Positions 52,231 through 60,826 of a DNA stretch of 64,000 bases are shown piece by piece. The translations under genes were made by a program, and so were the position numbers. The stretch is from Burkholderiales bacterium (GTDB lineage Bacteria; Pseudomonadota; Gammaproteobacteria; Burkholderiales; JACQAP01): assembly GCA_046590325.1 (NCBI GenBank), contig JBKJUC010000020.1, forward strand, positions 561 through 64,560, read 5' to 3'. The notes below the pieces were generated by a model. It was not told the origin of the DNA, did no database searches, and saw only the letters and a program-made list of their open reading frames with translations. Position 1 is the stretch's first letter. Every line of letters begins with the position of its first letter.

Positions 52231-55200
52231 TTGGACAAGAAGACGATCTACTCCAAGACCGGCAAAGGCGTCCTGGAGATCAAGAACAAAGCCGGAAAGC
52301 TCTCCAAGGACCTGATCAAGGTCCTGACGCTGATCGACGGCAAATCCAACATGGCCGACCTCTTGGCTAAGGCCAAGTTCGATGACGCCGAGATGGACAA
52401 GGCGATCACGCAGTTGTCGGCAGGCGGCTATATCAAGGAATTCTCCAATACCTCCACGGGTGTGTCTTCCGGCGGTAGCGACCCCGGAGGCGGCTCCTAC
52501 GTCGACGACCTCGACTTCACCTCTTCGCTCACGTCCTCCAAGTCAAAAAACCCCTACCAGTCCGCCCAGACCGAATGGCGGCAGCGGGAATCCGCTGATC
52601 GTGCCAAGGCCGAGGTCGATGCCAAGAAAAAACGCGAAGAAGAAGATCAGCTGAAGAAGGAACAGGCGTCAAAACTGGCGCGCGAGGAGTCGGGCCGGCT
52701 GGCGAAGGTAGAGGCGGAGCGCAAGCTCAAGGAAGCGGCCGCCATGAAGTCGCGCGAGGAGACCGAGCGCAAGGAGAAGATCGAGGCCGAGGCAATGGCC
52801 CAGACCACACGCGACCTGCAGAAGATCCTCGAGGCCGAGCGTAAGGCGCTGGAGGAAAGCGAGAAGAAAAAGCAGGAAGCAGCGTCCCGCAGGGGCGCGC
52901 AAGAGGTAGAAGCCCGCAGTCGTGACGAAGCAGAACGCAGGCGCAGGGAAGACGAAGAGCGGCAGCGCAAGGAAGCCGAGGATCGCAAGCACAGGGAAGC
53001 TGAGGAGCGCAAGCGCAAGGAAGCCGAGGAACTCAAACGCCGCGAGGCAGAGGAAGAGCGCAAGCGTCGCGAGCAGGAGGAGCGCAAACGCCAGGAAGAG
53101 GAAGCACGCAAGCGCAAGGAAGCCGAGGAGCTCAAACGTCGCGAGGAAGAGGAAGAGCGCAAGCGTCGCGAGCAGGAAGAGCGCAAACGCCAGGAAGAGG
53201 AAGCACGCAAGCGCAAGGAAGAGGAAGAGCGCAAACGCATCGAAGCAGAGGAACTCAAGCGCAGGGAAGAGGAAGAACGCAAGCGTCGCGAGGAAGAGGA
53301 GCTGAAACGCAAGGCAGAGGAAGACCGCCTCAAGCGCGCAGAAGAGGAACGGCGCCAGCGCCGTGAAGAGGAGGATCGCCGCCGCCAGGAAGAGGACCAG
53401 CGGCGCCGCAAGGAAGACGAAGCACTCGAGGAGAAGGAACAGGAAGAGAACGATCTCCGCAGGGCGGAGGAAGACCGTCTGCGTACCGAGGAAAACGAGC
53501 GCCGCCAGAAGGAAGACGCAGAGCGCCGCAGCAGCGAGGCCGAAGATTCCGCCCGCCGCGCCCGGGAGGATGACCGGCGTGCGCGGGAAGAGAAAGAAGA
53601 GAATATGCGGCGTGAGGAAGAAGATCGCCGTCGCCGCGAGGAAGAGGAGCGGGCGAGGGCGCCGGTTGCGGCACAAGCGGACGTTTCTGCCGAATTCGAC
53701 CTGTCCGGCTTCAAGTCGATGGAGGACCGGATAGCGGTGGAGTTCGAGAAGCAGCAGGACGAGCTGCGCAAGCGTGAAGAGGAAGAGGAGCGCCGCCGCA
53801 ACCAGGACGAGCAGGCCAGGTTGTCCGCCGAGCGCGTGGAACGTGAGGAGGAGGCGCGCCAGGAGGCGGAACGCCGCGAATCCGAGGATCGGGAGCGGCG
53901 GGAGCGCATGGAGCAGGAGCGCGCCGAACGCGACGCCCGCGAACGCAAGCGCCAGGAAGAGAAGGAGGCGCGCGGCCGCGAAGCGGAGGAGCGCAAGACT
54001 GCCGCTGCCCAAGAGCGTCAGCGGCAGGAGGAGATGAAGGTCGAATCCGAGCGACGCTCGCGTGAAGACGCGTTGGTGGGCCGGCGCAAGGAGCAGGAAC
54101 AGCGCGACCGCAAGCGCGCGGAAGTCCAGTCGCTAAAGAAATCGAAGGCGATCCGTTCGCCGCTGGAGAAGGCCAAGCCGTTTCTCATCGGTATCGCCGT
54201 AGTCGTGGCGCTGCTGTTCGGCGGTGTGCAACTGTTGCCGATGAACTCCTACATTCCGGCCGTGGAAAAGCTGGCAGCGGACCACATCAAGGAGCCGGTG
54301 ACCATCGGCTCCATGAAGATTTCGATCCTCGGAGGGTTCGCCATGAACCTGGACAACGTCAAGCTCGGCACCACGCAGGACGTGAAGATCGACCGGGTTA
54401 CATTGTCACCCGAGCTGGGATCGATATTCGGTGACGTCAAGGTGGTCCGCAGGATCGACGTCGAGTCGATGAGCGTGGCGCAGGAGGTCCTGCCTCGCCT
54501 GTCGAAATGGATGGAGGCGGCGCTTGCCGACAAGGGCGTGCAGCTCGGGCGTATCGTCATGAAGAACATCAAGATCGAGTCGACGGTCCTGCAGTTGCCG
54601 CCTTTCGATGCCGATCTGCAGATGAGTCCCGAAGGTTCGATCGAGCGCGCAAGGCTGAACGACGGTAAGCTGGAAGTGGAATTGACGCCGCGCAACAACG
54701 AAATTGACATTGAGGTGGCCGCGAACAAGGGCTGGGTATCACCGATCGGACCGAAACTCGAGTTCACGGATTTTTCGGCGAAGGCGGTCGCGTCCAACAG
54801 CCAGATACGGGTTTCCGAGTTCAAGGCGTTACTTTATGGAGGAGCGGCAAGCGGCAAGGCGGTACTCAACTGGGGCGGCCCCTGGTCGATCGAGGGTGAT
54901 CTGAGCACGGAGCGCATCAACCTGCAGGAACTGATGCCGGTGTTCACGCGCGAGGCCAAGTCGAGCGGCCAGTTGGAGTCGCGATTCCGTTATTCGATGG
55001 TGGCGCCCGACCTGCCTTCCCTGCTCAATCAACCGAAGATGGATGGTTCCTTCGCGATCCGCAAGGGCGACCTCGACGGCGTGGACTTGGTGCGGGCATT
55101 GCAGGTCGGAGGCCGCGAAAACGTGCAGGGCGGCGCGACACGATTCGAGGAGATCACGGGCACGCTCGCATTGTCCGGCGACCGTTACCAGTTCCGCGGC

Positions 55201-55368
55201 CTGAAGCTCGGATCGGGGCTGCTGTCGGCGACGGGAGGGTTCGACGTCGCGCCGAACAACGATGTCAGCGGGAAAGCCTTCGTCGAACTCAGATCGCAGG
55301 CCGCGCAGATCCGGGGCAATTTCAACGTAGGTGGATCGCTGAAGGCCATCGTCCTCAAACCGGACTAG
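52231..55368 (+). CDS. AsmA-like membrane protein with a very long N-terminal cytoplasmic Glu/Arg/Lys-rich extension
   Basis: TTG start as given by the track. Residues about 117-650 are almost purely E/R/K/A/Q/D. A single TM span is encoded at nt 54181-54237. The C-terminal 375 aa carry AsmA-family-like N- and C-terminal signatures. Confidence 0.7.
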   Translation: MDKKTIYSKTGKGVLEIKNKAGKLSKDLIKVLTLIDGKSNMADLLAKAKFDDAEMDKAITQLSAGGYIKEFSNTSTGVSSGGSDPGGGSYVDDLDFTSSLTSSKSKNPYQSAQTEWRQRESADRAKAEVDAKKKREEEDQLKKEQASKLAREESGRLAKVEAERKLKEAAAMKSREETERKEKIEAEAMAQTTRDLQKILEAERKALEESEKKKQEAASRRGAQEVEARSRDEAERRRREDEERQRKEAEDRKHREAEERKRKEAEELKRREAEEERKRREQEERKRQEEEARKRKEAEELKRREEEEERKRREQEERKRQEEEARKRKEEEERKRIEAEELKRREEEERKRREEEELKRKAEEDRLKRAEEERRQRREEEDRRRQEEDQRRRKEDEALEEKEQEENDLRRAEEDRLRTEENERRQKEDAERRSSEAEDSARRAREDDRRAREEKEENMRREEEDRRRREEEERARAPVAAQADVSAEFDLSGFKSMEDRIAVEFEKQQDELRKREEEEERRRNQDEQARLSAERVEREEEARQEAERRESEDRERRERMEQERAERDARERKRQEEKEARGREAEERKTAAAQERQRQEEMKVESERRSREDALVGRRKEQEQRDRKRAEVQSLKKSKAIRSPLEKAKPFLIGIAVVVALLFGGVQLLPMNSYIPAVEKLAADHIKEPVTIGSMKISILGGFAMNLDNVKLGTTQDVKIDRVTLSPELGSIFGDVKVVRRIDVESMSVAQEVLPRLSKWMEAALADKGVQLGRIVMKNIKIESTVLQLPPFDADLQMSPEGSIERARLNDGKLEVELTPRNNEIDIEVAANKGWVSPIGPKLEFTDFSAKAVASNSQIRVSEFKALLYGGAASGKAVLNWGGPWSIEGDLSTERINLQELMPVFTREAKSSGQLESRFRYSMVAPDLPSLLNQPKMDGSFAIRKGDLDGVDLVRALQVGGRENVQGGATRFEEITGTLALSGDRYQFRGLKLGSGLLSATGGFDVAPNNDVSGKAFVELRSQAAQIRGNFNVGGSLKAIVLKPD
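53017..53214 (+). repeat. in-frame 99-nt tandem duplication (2 full units plus a degenerate third) inside the ER/K tract
   Basis: Units 53017-53115 and 53116-53214 differ at 4 positions by my reading. Each encodes KEAEELKRRE(A/E)EEERKRREQEERKRQEEEARKR. Confidence 0.8.
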
Positions 55369-55388
55369 CGCCACTGGCGGACCCTGCA

Positions 55389-55424
55389 CGGCCCGGCCAT
55401 GACTCAGACCGGGCTGTTTTTTTT
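55389..55424. terminator. rho-independent terminator (bidirectional context)
   Basis: cggcccgg, a 12-nt loop, ccgggctg, then T8. Lies between the convergent AsmA-like and mocA-like genes. Confidence 0.75.
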
Positions 55425-55986
55425 AGATCACATCTTCCTGGCGATCGATGTCGCGCAGGATGCCTGGGTCTGCGCAGGCGATGGTCCCGACTTCTCCGGC
55501 GTGCCGCCTGACCAGCGCGCGCGCGCCTTCGTCTCCCTGAAGTTCGAGTAATTCCTTCCCATGGCGGCTGCTAAATCCGACCGGATGGCCGCGTTCACCG
55601 CGATATTCGGGAATGGCAATTGCGGCACCCAGCGCGATTTTTTCCGCGACCGCGGATATGGTCATGGGGGCAAGATAAGGCATGTCGCCCAGCGCGATTA
55701 CCCAGCCGTCCGCATCCGCTGCCGCGCGAACGCCGCAGACCAGGCTGCGCGCCATGCCCAGGTGTGAATCGTCACAGACATGCACCGCCACACCTTCGCG
55801 CTGCATCATCTCGCGGAGCGTGTCGTCGCCCGCACGCACAACTACGAGTACGTCGGGCAGCGCCGACTTCAGGTTTCGCAGCGATGCGATACCGAGTGGC
55901 GTGCCGTCAGCCAGCTTGTGCAGTAGCTTGCCGCCGCCAAAGCGGCTGCCGCTGCCAGCGGCGAGGAGGATTCCGACAATTTTCAA
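55423..55986 (-). CDS. MobA/MocA-like nucleotidyltransferase (molybdenum cofactor cytidylyl/guanylyl-transferase family)
   Basis: VGILLAAGSGSRFGGGKLL NTP-transferase loop and LGDMPYL motif. TTG start as given by the track, with no ATG alternative. Confidence 0.65.
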   Translation of the reverse strand: MKIVGILLAAGSGSRFGGGKLLHKLADGTPLGIASLRNLKSALPDVLVVVRAGDDTLREMMQREGVAVHVCDDSHLGMARSLVCGVRAAADADGWVIALGDMPYLAPMTISAVAEKIALGAAIAIPEYRGERGHPVGFSSRHGKELLELQGDEGARALVRRHAGEVGTIACADPGILRDIDRQEDVI

Positions 55987-55990
55987 TTGC

Positions 55991-56074
55991 AGGATTGGGG
56001 ATTCAGGATTGGGCTTAAGACGGATTAATGCAGCAGCGTTTTTTACTCAATCCACAATCCGCAAGCCTCGAATT
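55991..56074. repeat. periodic-arm inverted-repeat element (copy E10)
   Basis: aggattggggattcaggattgggc faces ctcaatccacaatccgcaagcctcgaatt. 7-nt period ggattgg/ggattca/ggattgg. Same arm type as E2. Confidence 0.45.
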
Positions 56075-56078
56075 CTAT

Positions 56079-56105
56079 GCCAACTTCGATCTGGCCAAAG
56101 GCGGG
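56079..56105. repeat. downstream duplicate of the amiC 3' coding end (partner at 56203-56229)
   Basis: gccaacttcgatctggccaaaggcggg versus gccaacttagatctggccaaaggcggg (26 of 27 identical, 124 nt apart). The downstream copy reads PPLARSKLA followed by a TAG at 56075-56077. Confidence 0.75.
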
Positions 56106-56174
56106 GCGCCGTGACTCGTTAGCGGCATACCGCCCGTTTGCGGGAACGACGCCTTGAATCCGCATCCGGCTACC

Positions 56175-57536
56175 TCAACGGAACCTGGCTGCGTCATTCT
56201 GCGCCAACTTAGATCTGGCCAAAGGCGGGTTCGCGGCGAAATACTTGCGTATGCCGGCGAGGATCGCCTGCGCCATCTTGTCCTGGTACTTCTCGTCCTT
56301 CAGCCGCCTTTCCTCGTCGGGGTTGGTGAGGAAGGCGGTTTCCACCAGGATGGAAGGAATGTCGGGCGCTTTGAGAACGGCGAATCCCGCCTGTTCGACA
56401 TGGGCCTTATGCAGTTCGTTGATGCCGCCGATTTCGCCCAGGACCGAGCGCGCGAGCTTGAGGCTGTCGTTGATTGTCGCGGTCTGCGACAGGTCGAGCA
56501 GCACCTGCTTTAGCGTCGGATCGTCGACGTCGATGTTGACGCCGCCAATCAGGTCGGCCTCATTCTCCTTTTTCGCGAGCCAGCCTGCCGCCGCCGACGA
56601 GGCGCCGCGTTCCGACAGTGCAAACACCGACGAGCCGCGTGCATGCGGCTTGATGAACGCGTCTGCGTGAATCGAGACGAGCAGATCGGCTTGCACCTTG
56701 CGGGCCTTGATCACGCGATTGGCGAGCGGCACGTAGTAGTCGCCGTCGCGGATCAGGATGCCGCGCATGTTCGGTTCCGAATCCACCAGCGCCTTGAGTT
56801 TCCTGGCCATCGCCAGTGTCACGTGTTTCTCGTAAGTACCGCTACGGCCCTTCGCCCCCGGATCTTCGCCACCGTGGCCGGCATCGATTGCAACGGTGAC
56901 GAGTCGCATGACTTCGGGCTGCGCCGGTGCTGGTTTTTTCGGGGCTTTCGGATCGGCCGGTGTCGTGTTGGGCACGGTTGCGGATTTATCGGTCGCCGCT
57001 GGCGGCCCTGCGGGTGGAGGCGCGGGCATCGTGGCGGGCTTGCTGTTTTCGAGAAGAGCGGTGATCGGATCGACTGGTTCGGCCGGGTAGATGTCCAGCA
57101 CCAGGCGATAACCGTATTCGCCGATGGGCTGCAACATGAAGGTTTGCGGTTTGACCTGGGTTTTCAGATCCAGGACCAGTCGCACCGTGCCCGGCTTGAA
57201 GCGGCCGATGCGGATGCCGCTGACGTAGGGGTCGTCAGGCGAAATTTTCGACGGCAGGCTTTCCACGGCTGCATTCGAATCGGTGTCCTCGAGATCGAGC
57301 ACCAGCCGGTCCGGCCCGCCGATGGTGAAGACGTTGTGCGTGATCGGCGACTGCGATTCGAGTGTAAGCCGCGTGTATTCCTGCGCCGGCCACAGCCGCG
57401 CCGAAACAATTTCGGTGCCAGCGAAGACAAGCGGGCTGGGAGCCGTTGCGCCGGCCAGAACGAGAAGGATTGCGGCAGGCGACGCGCGGCCGAAGCGTCC
57501 CGCGTGTTTTCGCGAACGTTGATTCGGGCAGTTCAT
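56175..57536 (-). CDS. amiC: N-acetylmuramoyl-L-alanine amidase with N-terminal AMIN domain
   Basis: AMIN-like (RLWPAQEYTRLTLES...LVLDLEDT) and Amidase_3 (VAIDAGHGGEDPGA, SIHADA, LVETAFLTNPDEE). ATGA overlap with the tsaE stop. Confidence 0.85.
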   Translation of the reverse strand: MNCPNQRSRKHAGRFGRASPAAILLVLAGATAPSPLVFAGTEIVSARLWPAQEYTRLTLESQSPITHNVFTIGGPDRLVLDLEDTDSNAAVESLPSKISPDDPYVSGIRIGRFKPGTVRLVLDLKTQVKPQTFMLQPIGEYGYRLVLDIYPAEPVDPITALLENSKPATMPAPPPAGPPAATDKSATVPNTTPADPKAPKKPAPAQPEVMRLVTVAIDAGHGGEDPGAKGRSGTYEKHVTLAMARKLKALVDSEPNMRGILIRDGDYYVPLANRVIKARKVQADLLVSIHADAFIKPHARGSSVFALSERGASSAAAGWLAKKENEADLIGGVNIDVDDPTLKQVLLDLSQTATINDSLKLARSVLGEIGGINELHKAHVEQAGFAVLKAPDIPSILVETAFLTNPDEERRLKDEKYQDKMAQAILAGIRKYFAANPPLARSKLAQNDAARFR

Positions 57537-58006
57537 ATTTGCAACTTCTTCAAGCAATGCCTTCCAGACTCCGTTTTCGCTTTGATCCTCAGTCGCCGCC
57601 CCGCACCCTCCGCGGCCAGTTCAATTTCGACGTCCGCCTGCGGGAGCAGACCGGCGGCGCGTTCTGGCCATTCCACGAGACAGATGTTGCCGTTGCCGAA
57701 ATTATCCCGGAACCCCGCGTCGAGCAATTCCTGCGGGTCGTTGAAGCGATATAAATCAAAGTGATATAAGTCTAACCTAGAAAGTTTATAAAGTTCAACC
57801 AATGTATAGGTCGGACTTTTCACTTTTCCCCGATATCCCAGCCCGCGCAGGATGCCCCGAGCCATGGTGGTCTTGCCGCTGCCGAGTTCTCCCGAGAGCG
57901 ATATGAACATTCCGGGTTCGAGCGCTATGGCCAGGTTTTCGCCCAATGCGAGCGTGGCGGCCTCGTCCGCAAGAACCGCCGAAAACTCAACGGGGGACAG
58001 GCTCAC
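57533..58006 (-). CDS. tsaE: tRNA threonylcarbamoyladenosine biosynthesis ATPase TsaE
   Basis: LSGELGSGKTTMARGILRGLG...VKSPTYTLVELY...YHFDLYR. Confidence 0.85.
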   Translation of the reverse strand: MSLSPVEFSAVLADEAATLALGENLAIALEPGMFISLSGELGSGKTTMARGILRGLGYRGKVKSPTYTLVELYKLSRLDLYHFDLYRFNDPQELLDAGFRDNFGNGNICLVEWPERAAGLLPQADVEIELAAEGAGRRLRIKAKTESGRHCLKKLQI

Positions 58007-58902
58007 CGGGTTGACCTTTGGCGTCCCAGTCCGACCGCCAGGTTCACGAACACGCCCAATGCCGGCAATTCGTCGCCGCGCCGCCAGGCGAGGGAAATTT
58101 CGGTGAGCGGGGTCTGCTGCTTGAGTGATTTGTAGATCACGCCGGTCCGCCGCAGGTTTGTGAGCGAGGCCGGGATGAGCGCCACTCCCAGTTCCGCCGA
58201 CACGAGGCTGATGATGGTCTGCATCTGGATCGCCTCCTGTTCGACCCTCGGACTGAAGCCGGCCGCCTTACAGCAGCTGACGACGTCGTCGTACAGCCCC
58301 GGCGCATTGGACCGGGGAAACAGGATGAACGGTGCGTCCTTGAGTTTTTCCAGGGCCAGCTTGCCGGGCTTCTTCGCCAGCGGATGTTTCTCCGGCAGTG
58401 CCGCTATAAGGGGCTCGCGCAGGATCGACACCGATTCGAGCGTGGCCTCGGTGACCGGCGGCAGCAGGAATCCGACGTCGAGGCGGCCAGCGATCAGGTC
58501 GCGGATCTGGGCATCGGTCGTGGCCTCGCGCAGGGTCAGGTTCACCAGCGGGAACTTGCGCCGGAATTCGCGCAGAACCACCGGCAGCACGTTGTAATCG
58601 GCAACGCTGATGAACCCCACTGCCAGTTCGCCGATTTCGCCGCGGCCCGCGCGGCGGGTAATCAGCACCGCCTGTTCGACCCGTGCCAGGATCTGACGGG
58701 CCTCCTGCAGCAGGGCATGGCCAGCCTGGGTCAGCGCGACATGGCGCTGGGTCCGGTTGAACAGCATCACGCCCAGTTCGCCCTCCAGCGCGCGAATCTG
58801 CATCGACAGCGGCGGCTGGGAAATATGCAGCTTTTCCGCTGCGCGGCCGAAATGGAGTTCTTCGGCGAGGGTGACAAAATAGCGCAGGTGGCGCAGTTCC
58901 AT
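58003..58902 (-). CDS. LysR family transcriptional regulator
   Basis: MELRHLRYFVTLAEELHFGRAAEKLHISQPPLSMQIRALE HTH motif. Divergent from ilvD. Its stop overlaps the tsaE start by 4 nt. Confidence 0.85.
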   Translation of the reverse strand: MELRHLRYFVTLAEELHFGRAAEKLHISQPPLSMQIRALEGELGVMLFNRTQRHVALTQAGHALLQEARQILARVEQAVLITRRAGRGEIGELAVGFISVADYNVLPVVLREFRRKFPLVNLTLREATTDAQIRDLIAGRLDVGFLLPPVTEATLESVSILREPLIAALPEKHPLAKKPGKLALEKLKDAPFILFPRSNAPGLYDDVVSCCKAAGFSPRVEQEAIQMQTIISLVSAELGVALIPASLTNLRRTGVIYKSLKQQTPLTEISLAWRRGDELPALGVFVNLAVGLGRQRSTR

Positions 58903-58917
58903 TTGATAGCGTCAGAG

Positions 58918-58939
58918 TATTAATACCCCCTTAATAATA
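58918..58939. promoter_or_regulatory. AT-rich dyad (TATTA-N12-TAATA), candidate LysR-type binding site
   Basis: tattaatacccccttaataata lies 16 nt upstream of the LysR start, inside the only strongly AT-rich island of the lysR-ilvD spacer. Confidence 0.3.
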
Positions 58940-59095
58940 TATTAGACGCCGGTCTTCAGTCCCGCCAAACTGCGCGGCCTGGAGAACATTCCCCGGGCCA
59001 GCCCGGCCGAGGCAGTCCTGCCTGGCATAGATCAGCGGGCAGAGATCAGCTCTAAGAGATCGGGCGCGGACATTACACAGCGAGGAGAGAAAATC

Positions 59096-60790
59096 ATGGC
59101 AGACAACTGGCGCAGCAAACTGATTACGGCGGGCGTGGCCCGTTCCCCTAACCGCGCGATGCTGCGGGCGGTCGACTTCAAGGACGGCGACTTCGACAAG
59201 CCGATTGTGGGCGTCGCCAACGGCCACTCCAACATGAATCCCTGCAACGCCGGTATCCAGCCGCTGGTCGATCGCGCCATGGAAGCCTTGCGCAAGGCGG
59301 GAGCAATGCCCCAGGTCTTCGGTGTGCCGACGGTCACCGACGGCATCGGGATGGGCACGGACGGGATGAAGTATTCGCTGGTGTCGCGCGAAGTCATCGC
59401 TGATGCCATCGAGACCGCAGTCAATGGCCAGATGATGGACGGCGCGCTGGTGATCGGCGCCTGCGACAAGAACATGCCGGGCGGCATGATGGCGATGGCG
59501 CGCATGAACGTGCCCGCCATCTATGTCTACGGCGGTAGCATCAAGCCCGGCAACTGGAAGGGTCAGGCGCTCACGATCGCCAGCGCATTCGAGGCCGTAG
59601 GCGCGTTCAACGCCGGCAAGCTCTCGCAGGAAGATTTCACCGGCATCGAGAAGAATGCCTGTCCGACCGTGGGCGCGTGCGGCGGCATGTTTACCGCGAA
59701 CACCATGTCCACGTCCTTCGAGGCCCTGGGCCTGAGCCTGATGCATTCCTCCACGATGGCTTCCCCGGACCCCGAGAAGGCCGACTCCGCCGCGGAATCC
59801 GCGCGCGTGCTGGTCAACGCCATCAAGAAGAACATCCGCCCGCGCGACATCATCACCCGCAAGTCCATCGAGAACGTCGTCAGCCTGGTGATGGCCACCG
59901 GAGGCTCGACCAACGCGGTGCTGCACTTCCTGGCGATCGCCGCGGCGGCGGAAGTCGAATGGACCATCGACGACTTTGAGCGCATCCGCCGCAAGGTGCC
60001 GGTGCTGTGCGACCTGAAGCCGTCGGGCCGCTACGTCGCGACCGATTTCCACAAGGCCGGCGGCGCGCCCCAGGTTCTCAAGATGCTGCTCGCCAATGGC
60101 CTGCTGCACGGCGATTGCATGACCATCACCGGCCGCAGCATCGGCGACGAACTGGAAAAAATCCCGGCGGAACCGCGCAAGGACCAGGACGTCATCCGCG
60201 TGTTCGGCAATCCGATGTACAAGGAAGGGCACCTTGCCATCCTCAAGGGCAACCTCGCGACCGAAGGCAGCGTGGCCAAGATTACGGGGCTCAAGAACCC
60301 GGTGATGACCGGCCCGGCGCGGGTGTTCGATTCCGAAAAGGAAACCATGGAAGCGATCATGGGAGGCAAGATCAAGGCCGGCGATGTCGTGGTGATCCGG
60401 TACGAGGGCCCGAAGGGTGGGCCTGGCATGCAGGAAATGCTTTCCCCGACCTCGGCGCTGATCGGTCAGGGATTGGGCGACTCGGTCGGCCTGCTCACCG
60501 ACGGCCGTTTTTCCGGGGCGACCTGGGGCATGGTGGTCGGGCACGTTGCGCCCGAAGCTTTCGTCGGTGGCAACATCGCGCTGGTGAAAGAGGGGGATTC
60601 CATCACCATCGACGCACACAAGCTGCTGCTTCAGGTCAACGTGTCCGATGAGGAACTGGCGAAGCGCCGCGCGGCCTGGAAGCAGCCCAAGCCCCGCTTC
60701 ACCAAGGGCCTGCTTGCCAAGTACGCATACCTGGTTTCCACCGCCACCAAGGGTGCGATCACGGACGGCTTCGAAGACGCGAAAAAATAA
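59096..60790 (+). CDS. ilvD: dihydroxy-acid dehydratase
   Basis: [27 protein letters not shown] motifs. 564 aa. Confidence 0.95.
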   Translation: MADNWRSKLITAGVARSPNRAMLRAVDFKDGDFDKPIVGVANGHSNMNPCNAGIQPLVDRAMEALRKAGAMPQVFGVPTVTDGIGMGTDGMKYSLVSREVIADAIETAVNGQMMDGALVIGACDKNMPGGMMAMARMNVPAIYVYGGSIKPGNWKGQALTIASAFEAVGAFNAGKLSQEDFTGIEKNACPTVGACGGMFTANTMSTSFEALGLSLMHSSTMASPDPEKADSAAESARVLVNAIKKNIRPRDIITRKSIENVVSLVMATGGSTNAVLHFLAIAAAAEVEWTIDDFERIRRKVPVLCDLKPSGRYVATDFHKAGGAPQVLKMLLANGLLHGDCMTITGRSIGDELEKIPAEPRKDQDVIRVFGNPMYKEGHLAILKGNLATEGSVAKITGLKNPVMTGPARVFDSEKETMEAIMGGKIKAGDVVVIRYEGPKGGPGMQEMLSPTSALIGQGLGDSVGLLTDGRFSGATWGMVVGHVAPEAFVGGNIALVKEGDSITIDAHKLLLQVNVSDEELAKRRAAWKQPKPRFTKGLLAKYAYLVSTATKGAITDGFEDAKK

Positions 60791-60826
60791 CTTGCCGGAA
60801 ACTCACCCAACGGCGGCAGTCCCGCG

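Noticed and set aside
52647-54012. Two ~450-aa minus-strand ORFs (Ser/Arg-rich and Leu/Phe/Ala-rich).
   Set aside because: They are antisense frames of the GAR/CGC/AAG codon repeats of the ER/K tract. They are pure low-complexity sequence with no start context. Their openness is a by-product of the sense-strand codon bias.
58931-60619. 562-aa minus-strand ORF.
   Set aside because: It is antisense to ilvD, whose plus-strand product carries unmistakable dihydroxy-acid dehydratase motifs. The composition (R/G/A/H/D-rich, no motifs) is typical of a high-GC shadow ORF.
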